The notes beneath the pieces were generated by a model. That model ran no database searches. It saw only the letters and a list, made by a program, of their open reading frames with translations, and was not told the origin of the DNA. Positions 11,847 to 20,389 of a stretch of DNA of 64,000 nucleotides are shown here, piece by piece. This DNA is from an uncultured delta proteobacterium (GTDB taxonomy: Bacteria; Desulfobacterota; Binatia; UBA9968). Every line of letters starts with the position of its first letter. Position 1 is the first letter of the stretch. The position numbers and the translations under genes are program-made. The DNA lies in NCBI GenBank assembly GCA_963771465.1, contig CAVYTU010000015.1, forward strand, positions 1,184,001 to 1,248,000. The letters are read 5' to 3'.

Positions 11847-11911
11847 CCACGAAGGCACGAAGGACACGAAGGTTTCGGAATCCGGACTTCGTGCTCTTCG
11901 TGCCTTCGTGG
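11847..11911. repeat. CACGAAG-triplet palindromic intergenic element, copy 1
   Basis: Three CACGAAG units followed by three CTTCGTG units forming a long hairpin. Confidence 0.85.
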
Positions 11912-11933
11912 TAAATCCTTAAAAAGGCCCATC

Positions 11934-13430
11934 ATGCACGACGTCCCCGACGATCACGAGCACGACGACGAAGCCGAGCATCCGCTATGGAAACTCGACA
12001 CGATCACGCTGACCAGCGTCGGCATCGACGTCGGCACAGCGACTTCGCAGATTCTTTTTTCTCAATTGGTTCTGCGCCGGCTCGGCCGCGAGTTGTCTAG
12101 CCGCTTTGTGGTGACCGAGCGCGACACACTGTATTTATCACCGGTGCATCTCACACCTTATATCGCCGGACGAGAGCGCATCGATGATCAGGCGCTCGGT
12201 CAGCTGGTCGACAGCGCCTACCGGGAAGCGGGCTTGAGCCCGCGCGATGTCGACACCGGCGCGATCATTCTCACGGGCGAAGCGATCCGGCGCGACAACG
12301 CGCGCGCCATCGCCGACCTGTTCGCGGCGCAGCGCGGCAACTTCGTCTGCGCCACGGCGGGCCACAACTTCGAAGCACAACTCGCCGCCCACGGCTCCGG
12401 CGCGGTGGCGCACTCTGCCGAGAAACAATGCCGGGTGTTGAATATCGACATCGGCGGCGGCACCACCAAGCTCGCCGTGTCTGAGCGTGGCCGCGTGCTC
12501 GGCACCGCGGCGTTTCACATCGGCGGCAGACTGCTCGCAACCGACCCAGCCGGCACGATCACGATGCTGGAACCGGGCGGTCAACTGTTGGCACGACAAG
12601 CAGGTTTCGAATGGCAAGTCGGCAGCCATGTGACGACATCCGCTATCGAGCAACTCGCGAGCCACATGGCGCAGGCGATTCTAAGCCTGACGACAGACGA
12701 GGCGCCAAAAAATGAATTTGCCCAACTCTGGCTAACGGCGCCGCTCCCTGGAGCGAAAAACTACGACGCCGTGATCTTCTCCGGCGGCGTCGGCGAATAT
12801 GTTTACAACAGGGAATCGCAATCCTTCGGCGATCTCGGCGCGCCGCTGGGGCGGGCGCTTCGACAGGCAATTGCTAACAACGCTTTCGCCTGGCCGCTCG
12901 TGCCGGCGCGCGAGTGCATCCGCGCGACGGTCATGGGCGCGGCGCAACACACGGTGCAAGTGAGTGGCAATACCATCCACCGCACCGACGAAAGCTTGCT
13001 GCCGCAAAAAAACCTACAAGTGTTACGGCCGCAAGTTGACTTGTCGAGCGACATCGACAGCGCGATCGTTGCCGAGGCGATCCAAAAACATTTCCGCGCT
13101 TTTGATTTAATCGAAGGACAAGCGCAAGTCGCTTTGGTCTTTCACTGGGACGGCGCGCCAACCGCGCTCCGCATCGCGGCCTTTTGCCGCGGCCTGATCG
13201 CTGGCTTGCCGGCGACGTTGCAAAATCGCCGACCGATCTATCTCATCTTCGATCACGACCTAGCCGGCCTCGTCGGCATGATTCTCAAAGACGACTTCGC
13301 CATTGAGAACGCTTTACTCTGCCTCGACGGCGTCACCTTGCATGATTTCGACTTCATCGATCTCGGCAACGTCTTGGAGCCGTCGGGCACAGTGCCGGTG
13401 ACGATCAAGTCGCTGATCTTTCAGTTCTAG
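11934..13430 (+). CDS. eutA: EutA-family ASKHA ATPase (ethanolamine ammonia-lyase reactivase homolog)
   Basis: SVGIDVGTATSQ, TGAIILTGEA, ATAGHNFEAQLAAHGSGA, NIDIGGGTTK, VPVTIKSLIF. Confidence 0.85.
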   Translation: MHDVPDDHEHDDEAEHPLWKLDTITLTSVGIDVGTATSQILFSQLVLRRLGRELSSRFVVTERDTLYLSPVHLTPYIAGRERIDDQALGQLVDSAYREAGLSPRDVDTGAIILTGEAIRRDNARAIADLFAAQRGNFVCATAGHNFEAQLAAHGSGAVAHSAEKQCRVLNIDIGGGTTKLAVSERGRVLGTAAFHIGGRLLATDPAGTITMLEPGGQLLARQAGFEWQVGSHVTTSAIEQLASHMAQAILSLTTDEAPKNEFAQLWLTAPLPGAKNYDAVIFSGGVGEYVYNRESQSFGDLGAPLGRALRQAIANNAFAWPLVPARECIRATVMGAAQHTVQVSGNTIHRTDESLLPQKNLQVLRPQVDLSSDIDSAIVAEAIQKHFRAFDLIEGQAQVALVFHWDGAPTALRIAAFCRGLIAGLPATLQNRRPIYLIFDHDLAGLVGMILKDDFAIENALLCLDGVTLHDFDFIDLGNVLEPSGTVPVTIKSLIFQF

Positions 13431-13471
13431 CCCGAATTATCCATGCGATGAGGGGTCACGACGACAGGCCA

Positions 13472-13648
13472 GCGATCGAGGTGTAACCCTGGAGGAACGA
13501 AGGCACCAGCGCAAGTATTTCATTACACGCCTGGTCCCCGGCACGATGTTCGAACTTTTCGCCGCTAATCTCACAGCAGCTCGCCGCGCTCGCGTCTTCA
13601 AGGCACAACTGCTTTGCCTTCGTTCCGGAAGGGTTGCACCTCGATCGC
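13472..13648. repeat. 177-bp element with 34-bp terminal inverted repeats (MITE-like or RNA hairpin)
   Basis: 13472-13505 GCGATCGAGGTGTAACCCTGGAGGAACGAAGGCA versus 13615-13648 TGCCTTCGTTCCGGAAGGGTTGCACCTCGATCGC; 30 of 34 complementary. Confidence 0.8.
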
Positions 13649-13684
13649 CTCCTTACCGCCAATGATCGAACTCAATCAGCAATC

Positions 13685-14686
13685 ATGAAACACTTCTCAC
13701 GATCGCGCCGGCAGCTAACCGCACTAGTCAGTCTAGTCGCATTACTGCAACTCTCTGCGCCAACCGAGATCAGCGGCCAAGAGCGCGAAAAAATCCGTGT
13801 CAGCACGCTCTTCATCGGCTCGTCGCTGGTGCCGTTCTGGATCGGCCAGGAACAAGGCATCTTCGCCAAGCATGGAATCGACCTCGAGCTGATCTGGATG
13901 CAGTCGGTGCTCTCGACCAGCGCGCTTTTAGCCGGCGAAGTCGACACCGTCTTCGGCACGCCGCAAAGTATCTTTGCCGCCTTGACCGGCAAAAATCCGC
14001 CGCCGCTGGTCACCATCGCGGCCTGGGGCTCGGCGTCGGAACATTGGCTGGTGGTGAATCCGGCGATCAAAACCGCCAAGGATCTCGAAGGCAAAGCCAT
14101 CGGCGTGAGCCGGCCGCGCTCGGCGGATCATGGGTATACCACGGTGATACTCGAACGGCTCGGTGTCGATTCGCGCAAGATTACTTTTCTGTCCATCGGC
14201 GGCCAAGGCAGCCGCAGCGCTGCCGTCGAAGCCGGCAATACCATGGGCAGCTCGTTCAACCGCTATTATACGCTTCAGCTCAAACGCAAAGGTTTCCGCG
14301 ATCTGGCCAAACTCGAGCGCCCTGATTACCCGTTTCCGCCGTCGATTTTTGTCGTCAAGAAAGATTTTCTGCAAACCAAGCGGCGCGCGCTCAAAGCGAT
14401 GCTGGCGGCGATGATGGAAGCGTCGGAGCGGCAAAAGAGCAACAAAGAACTTTCGCTGCGGCTGATTCGCAAGCACCTGCGCATGCAAAATCCCGAAGTG
14501 GTCGAAGCCGCCTACGAAGACGGCGTCACGCTCAGTTATCCTTATTTCAGCGAGCGCCAGTTTCAGATCTCCGTCGAGCTGTTGAGCAAGAGCATGGAAC
14601 AGCCGGTGCAGTTGAATTACAAGCAGGTCGTCGATCATAGCTTGGTCGACGAAATCAATCGGCCGGGAACAAACAAACCGAACTGA
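13685..14686 (+). CDS. ABC substrate-binding protein, NMT1/SsuA-like
   Basis: GIFAKHGIDLE, DLEGKAIGVSR; signal peptide. Confidence 0.85.
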   Translation: MKHFSRSRRQLTALVSLVALLQLSAPTEISGQEREKIRVSTLFIGSSLVPFWIGQEQGIFAKHGIDLELIWMQSVLSTSALLAGEVDTVFGTPQSIFAALTGKNPPPLVTIAAWGSASEHWLVVNPAIKTAKDLEGKAIGVSRPRSADHGYTTVILERLGVDSRKITFLSIGGQGSRSAAVEAGNTMGSSFNRYYTLQLKRKGFRDLAKLERPDYPFPPSIFVVKKDFLQTKRRALKAMLAAMMEASERQKSNKELSLRLIRKHLRMQNPEVVEAAYEDGVTLSYPYFSERQFQISVELLSKSMEQPVQLNYKQVVDHSLVDEINRPGTNKPN

Positions 14687-14714
14687 TGCGAATGGGTTGC
14701 CGCCCCCTGCTCAT

Positions 14715-14743
14715 TTGACAGCGTCCCTTGCCCTCAATAGACT
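14715..14743 (+). promoter_or_regulatory. Putative sigma70 promoter
   Basis: TTGACA-17 bp-TAGACT about 40 bp upstream of the ATG at 14786. Confidence 0.55.
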
Positions 14744-14785
14744 TGAGATTCCAGCGAAGCCGAAGCAAACCCAGGGAATTCTTCA

Positions 14786-15883
14786 ATGCTGTATTTGGCT
14801 AAATTCGTGTCCGCGACCATTTGCTTTCTCGGGCTGACGATCGCAGTCCCTGTAGCCCAGGCGGCCGCGCCGGAAGAGATTTGGAAATCCTTGGAGAAGC
14901 TGACCCCGGCTGAAAGAGAAAAAAAATTAATCGAAGGCGCCAAGAAAGAAGGCGAGATGCTCTGGTACACCAACTCGGGCATCGAGAACGCCACCCGCTA
15001 CATCCAGGCGTTTAGGAAAAACTATCCATTCATCAACGCCCAAGTCTGGCGCGCCAAGACGCGCCTGGTGACTCAACGGGCGATCTCGGAGGCCAACGCG
15101 GGAAAACACCTGGTCGATGTAATCAAGCCGTCAACCGATCTTCTCCCCGTGATGCTGGAAAAAAATCTCATCGGTAAATACGACACGCCGGTTCGGGCGA
15201 TCTATCCAGCCCACGCCAAGTCGCCGTTTTACACCAACATGAACTATGCCTTTCGGGTTTTCTCGTTCAATCCGCGTAAGGTCAGCGCCAAAGACGCGCC
15301 TAAGAGCTGGGACGACTTGCTCCAACCCAAATGGAAAAACGAGATTCTCTTCGACGAATCGTCGCTCGAAGAGGTCATGGCGATGCTCGCTGCGTGGGGC
15401 AAAGATAAGACGGTGAATTACCTGACCAAGCTGACCCAGCAAAATCTTTTGATCCGGGTCGGCCGCGACACCACGACGCAGATGATGATGGCCGGCGAGG
15501 CGAACCTCGCTGTGACGACTTACGCCTACAACAATGAAAGCTTGCGCGCGCAGAACGCGCCGGTGGATTGGGTTGCCGAAGATCTGATCCCAGCCTTGAT
15601 CTACCCACTCACTTTGGCGCGTAACGCGCCTCATCCTTACGCCGCAGCGCTCTTTTACGACTATTTGATCTCAGAAGAAGGCCAGCGCCTGATCGCCAAA
15701 GAAGGCCGTGTCGTTTCCCATCCGAAAGTCGAACCGATCTATCCGCGCATGAAAGAGCTGCAAAATCTGCTCGGCACGCCGCGCATCCAGCTCAACACCT
15801 TGGAGCAAAATGCCAAACTGCTCAAAGACGGCGTAAAAATTCTCGACGAAGTCGTATTGAAGCGAAAATCTTCCGGCCATTAA
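14786..15883 (+). CDS. Extracellular solute-binding protein (AfuA-like)
   Basis: EGAKKEG, PKSWDDLLQPKWK, APHPYAAALFYD. Confidence 0.85.
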   Translation: MLYLAKFVSATICFLGLTIAVPVAQAAAPEEIWKSLEKLTPAEREKKLIEGAKKEGEMLWYTNSGIENATRYIQAFRKNYPFINAQVWRAKTRLVTQRAISEANAGKHLVDVIKPSTDLLPVMLEKNLIGKYDTPVRAIYPAHAKSPFYTNMNYAFRVFSFNPRKVSAKDAPKSWDDLLQPKWKNEILFDESSLEEVMAMLAAWGKDKTVNYLTKLTQQNLLIRVGRDTTTQMMMAGEANLAVTTYAYNNESLRAQNAPVDWVAEDLIPALIYPLTLARNAPHPYAAALFYDYLISEEGQRLIAKEGRVVSHPKVEPIYPRMKELQNLLGTPRIQLNTLEQNAKLLKDGVKILDEVVLKRKSSGH

Positions 15884-15896
15884 GGAGAGCACACGT

Positions 15897-16793
15897 ATGT
15901 TCGGCGCTGAAACTCTCGACCACGTCGCCTTTCCTGTGCGCGATTTGCCGCGCTCGGAAAAGTTTTATCTCGAAACCGTCGGTTTGACGTTTCTAACCCA
16001 ACGCAAAAATGCCGACGGCTCGCCGCGCCACACCTACGTCAGAGCCGGCGAGAACATCGTCGGGCTGACCTTGCCCGGCGTCGCCGTGCCGGCGTCAGCC
16101 AGCGGCGCGCCGCGCTATGCCATCGCGATGGCGACTGACGAGACGTTTGCAACCACTGTAAAACGAATTCAAGCCAGCGGTGTAAAAGGCGGCGAAGTCG
16201 AGAATCATGCTATCGAGTCGCCGTTCGTCAAAACATTTCAATTCATCGATCCTGACGACAATCAAATCGAGCTCTGCCTGCGCCGCCAACCGCTGGCGCC
16301 AAAAGACGGCATCAGCCATGTGATTTTTGAGACGGCGAATCTCGTGCGGGCCAAGAAGTTCTATACCGAAGGCCTGGGACTGAAGTTGGTCGGCGAAGTG
16401 CGCGGCGAGACGCTATTCGAGTTCAAGAACGGCCAGATGGTCGGCGTCAAAGAGGTAAAAGAATTATCGGAACGAACTAAGAAAAAGGGCCGCGCCTGTC
16501 ACGTTGCCTTTAACGTTAGCCAGGAAGACTACGACGTGATGCTCGAGCGAATCCCCAAGTTGGAAGGCAAGTCTCTCGGCGACTTCCGCGCCAGCGACGG
16601 CCTGCGCCCGCCTGGCGAGCGGAGCATTTATTTTTTCGACCCCGACACCAATTATCTCCAGATCACGGCGATGGGTGAAGAAGACTGGTCGCTGATATCG
16701 GACGAAGAGAAATGGCAACGCACGATTGCCAACCGCGAGAAACAAGGCAGAGGCATCTCCAGCTTCGACAAAGGCGTGAAGATTCAGAAATAA
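15897..16793 (+). CDS. Two-domain VOC/glyoxalase family protein
   Basis: LDHVAFPVRDL, FIDPDDNQIE, ISHVIF, CHVAF, YFFDPDTN. Confidence 0.85.
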   Translation: MFGAETLDHVAFPVRDLPRSEKFYLETVGLTFLTQRKNADGSPRHTYVRAGENIVGLTLPGVAVPASASGAPRYAIAMATDETFATTVKRIQASGVKGGEVENHAIESPFVKTFQFIDPDDNQIELCLRRQPLAPKDGISHVIFETANLVRAKKFYTEGLGLKLVGEVRGETLFEFKNGQMVGVKEVKELSERTKKKGRACHVAFNVSQEDYDVMLERIPKLEGKSLGDFRASDGLRPPGERSIYFFDPDTNYLQITAMGEEDWSLISDEEKWQRTIANREKQGRGISSFDKGVKIQK

Positions 16794-16860
16794 CCGCATC
16801 TCTCGGCACAATTACGTTCTTCAAGGTAAATTAACTAGTGTCGGGATCCGTTCTATCCTT

Positions 16861-18075
16861 TTGAATGTGCAACAAGGAGACTCCGTGGCACTTGAAAAAC
16901 CCATTATCCCGACATTCTCGCTCAACGAACGCGACCGCCGCTGGTCGCTGCTGCGCGCGGAAATGAAGAAAGCGAATTTCGACTCGTTGATCGCACTACC
17001 GCACGAAGGCCACTGGGACCAGTTCGGTTGCGACACGCGCTACATCACCCAGATCGGCGGCACGCAAACCGAAGTCGGTTGCGTGTTGCCTCTCGACGCC
17101 GACGTCACCGCCGTCGTGCGCGGCGAAAACGAGATCGAATGGTGGGGATTGGCGCAGGACTGGGTCACCGACATTCGGCCATCGCGCCGCTCCTATGGCG
17201 AGCCGGTGATCGAACGCTTGAAAGAAGTCCGTGCCGAAAGAGTCGGCGTCATCGCGCTCTCCGGCATGGTGCGCGCGCCCGAAGGCGTCGTGCCTTGGGG
17301 TACGTTTGAGAAGATTCGAACCGCGCTGCCCAATGTAAAGTTCGACAACGCCACCGCGGTGGTGCAGGAAGTGCGCGCCGTCAAGAGCGCCGAAGAAGTC
17401 GCTTTCATCGAGAAAGCCGCGGAAATTATCGGCCATGCCAACGAAGTCTTGATCGCCCACGCGAAGCCGGGAGTGGGCGAACATGAGCTGATCGCGGAAA
17501 TGCTCCGTGAAATCGTGCGCCGCGGCGGTGAGCCGATCACCATGATGCTGTTCGGCACCGGCGGTCCGGAAGTTCCCTGGGCGCAGCGCGTCTTTACCAC
17601 GCGCAGGTTAAAACCCGGCGATCTGATCAACACCGAAGTGGAAGGCAAGTACGCCGGCTACATCGCCCAAGCGCTGCAACCGATCTCCCTCGGTCCCAAA
17701 CCGAAAGAGTTGGAAAAGATCTTCGACGCGACCAAAGTCATCTTCGATCGCATGGTTAAATTCGTGAAACCCGGCATTACGTTCGGCGCCGTCGCGAAGT
17801 TCTACCAAGACGAAGTGGCGGCGGCGGGTTATGAACCCGACGGCGCGCTCATGCACGGCCGCGGCCTCGGTGAAGATGCGCCGATGCTCTGGGGCGCGCG
17901 CAAAGATTTTCCCGAGAAAGATCAGCAGTTGAAACAAGGCCATGTATTCATCTTGAAGCCGGCCTGCAAACAAGGCTTCATGCGCGACTCCATCCGCGCC
18001 GGCGACACCGTGGCCATCGAAGCGAGCGGCGCGCGCCGGCTCGGCAAACGAGACCTGACGTTTGTCGCGGTCTAA
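16861..18075 (+). CDS. Creatinase/M24 (pita-bread fold) protein with non-canonical active site
   Basis: FSLNERDRRW, RAVKSAEE, GDLINTEVEG, MHGRGLGED. Confidence 0.8.
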   Translation: MNVQQGDSVALEKPIIPTFSLNERDRRWSLLRAEMKKANFDSLIALPHEGHWDQFGCDTRYITQIGGTQTEVGCVLPLDADVTAVVRGENEIEWWGLAQDWVTDIRPSRRSYGEPVIERLKEVRAERVGVIALSGMVRAPEGVVPWGTFEKIRTALPNVKFDNATAVVQEVRAVKSAEEVAFIEKAAEIIGHANEVLIAHAKPGVGEHELIAEMLREIVRRGGEPITMMLFGTGGPEVPWAQRVFTTRRLKPGDLINTEVEGKYAGYIAQALQPISLGPKPKELEKIFDATKVIFDRMVKFVKPGITFGAVAKFYQDEVAAAGYEPDGALMHGRGLGEDAPMLWGARKDFPEKDQQLKQGHVFILKPACKQGFMRDSIRAGDTVAIEASGARRLGKRDLTFVAV

Positions 18076-18173
18076 CCGGCGGCTGCGCGATCGCCATCAC
18101 GTTTCATGTCACCGCCTTGCGCATGGCGCGAGCGCTGTAATATAGATCAAGAAAACTCGCACTGGAGGTTTCC

Positions 18174-18794
18174 ATGAGCGATGAGAACGTTAACCCCGAC
18201 GCGCCGCTGCACATTCGCGGCTTGAATCATCTAACCATCCCCGTCAAAGATCGTTATTGCGCAGCGCGATTTTACATCGTCGCTCTTGGCGCCGAAGCGC
18301 ATCATGAATCGGCGCCCGATCGAGTGGCAAAAGGTTTGTCGCGCTCGCTGCAACTCGGCATTCGCATGGCCGCGGGCTTTGAAATCGATCTGTTCGAACA
18401 AGATTTCGGCCAACCGGACTGGAATCAGTCCCATCCCCATTTGGCACTCGACACTTCAGCGGAAGATTTGGAAAAATGGACCGAGCATTTCAAGAAATGG
18501 CGGATTCCTTTTGTCGGCCCGGTGACGCGTTCGGGCACCAAAGGCGCGGAAATTTATTTCAACGACCCCGACGGCAATCACCTCGAAGTCCATTGCTCCG
18601 AAGTGCCGCAAGCGCAGCGCGGCAAATACCCCGTCGGTCCCTACGACAAGAGCCTGTGCGTGCACAAACAAGCATGGCCGCCGCAAGAATTGGCGGATGA
18701 TGCCGAGCGGCTATTTCAAGCGTCGCTGACAACGCATGCGCGCCCGGCGAAAACCGCACTAAACGGCATGCCGCGATCAACCCGAAACACATGA
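18174..18794 (+). CDS. VOC/glyoxalase family protein (possible 3' frameshift)
   Basis: GLNHLTIPVKD, HPHLA, IYFNDPDGNHLE; GGAGG RBS. Confidence 0.85.
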   Translation: MSDENVNPDAPLHIRGLNHLTIPVKDRYCAARFYIVALGAEAHHESAPDRVAKGLSRSLQLGIRMAAGFEIDLFEQDFGQPDWNQSHPHLALDTSAEDLEKWTEHFKKWRIPFVGPVTRSGTKGAEIYFNDPDGNHLEVHCSEVPQAQRGKYPVGPYDKSLCVHKQAWPPQELADDAERLFQASLTTHARPAKTALNGMPRSTRNT

Positions 18795-18877
18795 TTCACC
18801 ACGAAGGACACGAAGAGCACGAAGTTCGGAGTAATAATTTTTCGAACCTTCGTGTCCTTCGTGATCTTCGTGGTGAA
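18795..18877. repeat. CACGAAG-triplet palindromic intergenic element, copy 2
   Basis: TTCACCACGAAGGACACGAAGAGCACGAAG...CTTCGTGTCCTTCGTGATCTTCGTGGTGAA. Confidence 0.85.
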
Positions 18878-18910
18878 AAGAATTTTCGTGCCTTAAACGA
18901 AAGAATAAAA

Positions 18911-20136
18911 ATGGCTGAACTGTACCCATATCCTCGTTTCTCCCTCGCTGAGCGCGACCGGCGCTGGAAAGCCGTACGCGCGAAAATGGCCGAGCAGCAT
19001 ATCGACGTCATCGTCACGCCGCAAAACACCGGCCACTCGATGGACTTTCAAGCCAACACCCGCTACTTGACCCACTGCGGCGGCGGCGGCGACGCCGATA
19101 TCGCCGCGGTGTTTCCGCTGACGGCGACGTCACGGCCATCGCGACATCGGCAAATCCGCGTTGGACGACGACGCAAGATTGGACTACCGACGTGCGCGAG
19201 GCGCGGCGCGAACTACGGTGCGAAAGTATCGTCGAGCGCTTAAAAGAATTGAATATCGAGCGCGGCCGCATCGGCATCGCCGGCCTCGGCGAAGTCGAAG
19301 GCACGCGCACGCCGGAAGGCACGATTCTTCACGGCACCTACGAAAAAATCCGCGACAGCCTTTCCCCAAGCCGAGATCGTCGACGCCACGCCGATCTTAA
19401 CCGAAGTCCGTTACATCAAGAGCCAGGAAGAAATCGAGGTTTTGACCAAATCGATGGAGATCGTCGAGCTCGCCTATCAAGCCGAGATCGAAACGGCGCG
19501 ACGCCGGGGTCAGAGATTGGGACGTTTGGGCCGCCACGCAGTACGCGCTCATGCGCAACGGCTCGGAGATGCCGGTGCACTGCAATTGGATCTCCGGAAA
19601 AAACGTCCGGCGCACTTTGACCCGTCCGAGCATGCGCATCTTAGAGCGCGGCGATTTGATCATTAATGAAGTCGAAGCTTCATGGATCGGTTATCGCTCC
19701 CAAGGTGTGCAGCCGGTTTTCGTCGGCATCGCCGATCCGGTGCATCAGGAATTGATCAAAGTGCAACGCGAGATTTTCAATCGCGTCATGGAGAATTTGA
19801 AACCGGGCGTATCCGTGAAGGAGCTCGCTGAGCTGACAATTAAAACCGGCGAAGCCACCGCGCCAAAAAGCGGACCGGCCGCCGGCGCGCGCGGCGATTT
19901 GAATATGCACGGCCGCGGCGCCGGCGACGACGGCCCGATCATCACGCGCGCACGCCAAAAGCCCGCGCCAGCTCGCCAGTCACACTGCAAGAAAACATGG
20001 TGTTCATCTGCAAGCCATCGGCCATCTCCGCCGACGGCCAATCGCTCAGCACCTGGGGCGACACCATCGTCATCACGCCAAAGGCGGCCAACGGCTCGGC
20101 AAACGGCCCCATGATCTAGCGGTGTCGGCGGGATAA
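18911..20136 (+). pseudogene. Second creatinase/M24-like paralog with multiple frameshifts (pseudogene or sequencing error)
   Basis: MAELYPYPRFSLAERDRRW; pieces in ORFs 18791, 19192 and 19551 (GDLIINEVEA, MHGRGAGDD); ends KRPHDLAVSAG*. Confidence 0.75.
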
Positions 20137-20227
20137 AACCGCAGCCCGCGTAGAAACGGTCCGGAATTTCCATCGATATTTCCTTACGGTCAATAAACAA
20201 TTCCGCAGCGCTGCGAGGTTCGAACTC

Positions 20228-20316
20228 GGCGATGAGATTGTCACCGCTCACTCTCGATGTCTTCGTAGCGGACAGCCGGATTGCGCTTGCATGCGGAATG
20301 ACGGACTTCGGATGGC
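20228..20316. repeat. REP-like element, degenerate copy 2
   Basis: Shares GCGATGAGATT, GTCACCGC and GGATT..CGCTT..CATGCGGAATGACGGACTTC with 6116-6230. Confidence 0.5.
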
Positions 20317-20389
20317 GTTAACTTTACGCAAGCTGGGAACACAACATTGTTTTCCCAGTTGCAGCATCGACATTCGTAGCACATTCGAT

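Noticed and set aside
11847-18877. CRISPR array from CACGAAG repeats
   Set aside because: Units are 7-9 bp, inverted and lack unique spacers; no cas genes in the window
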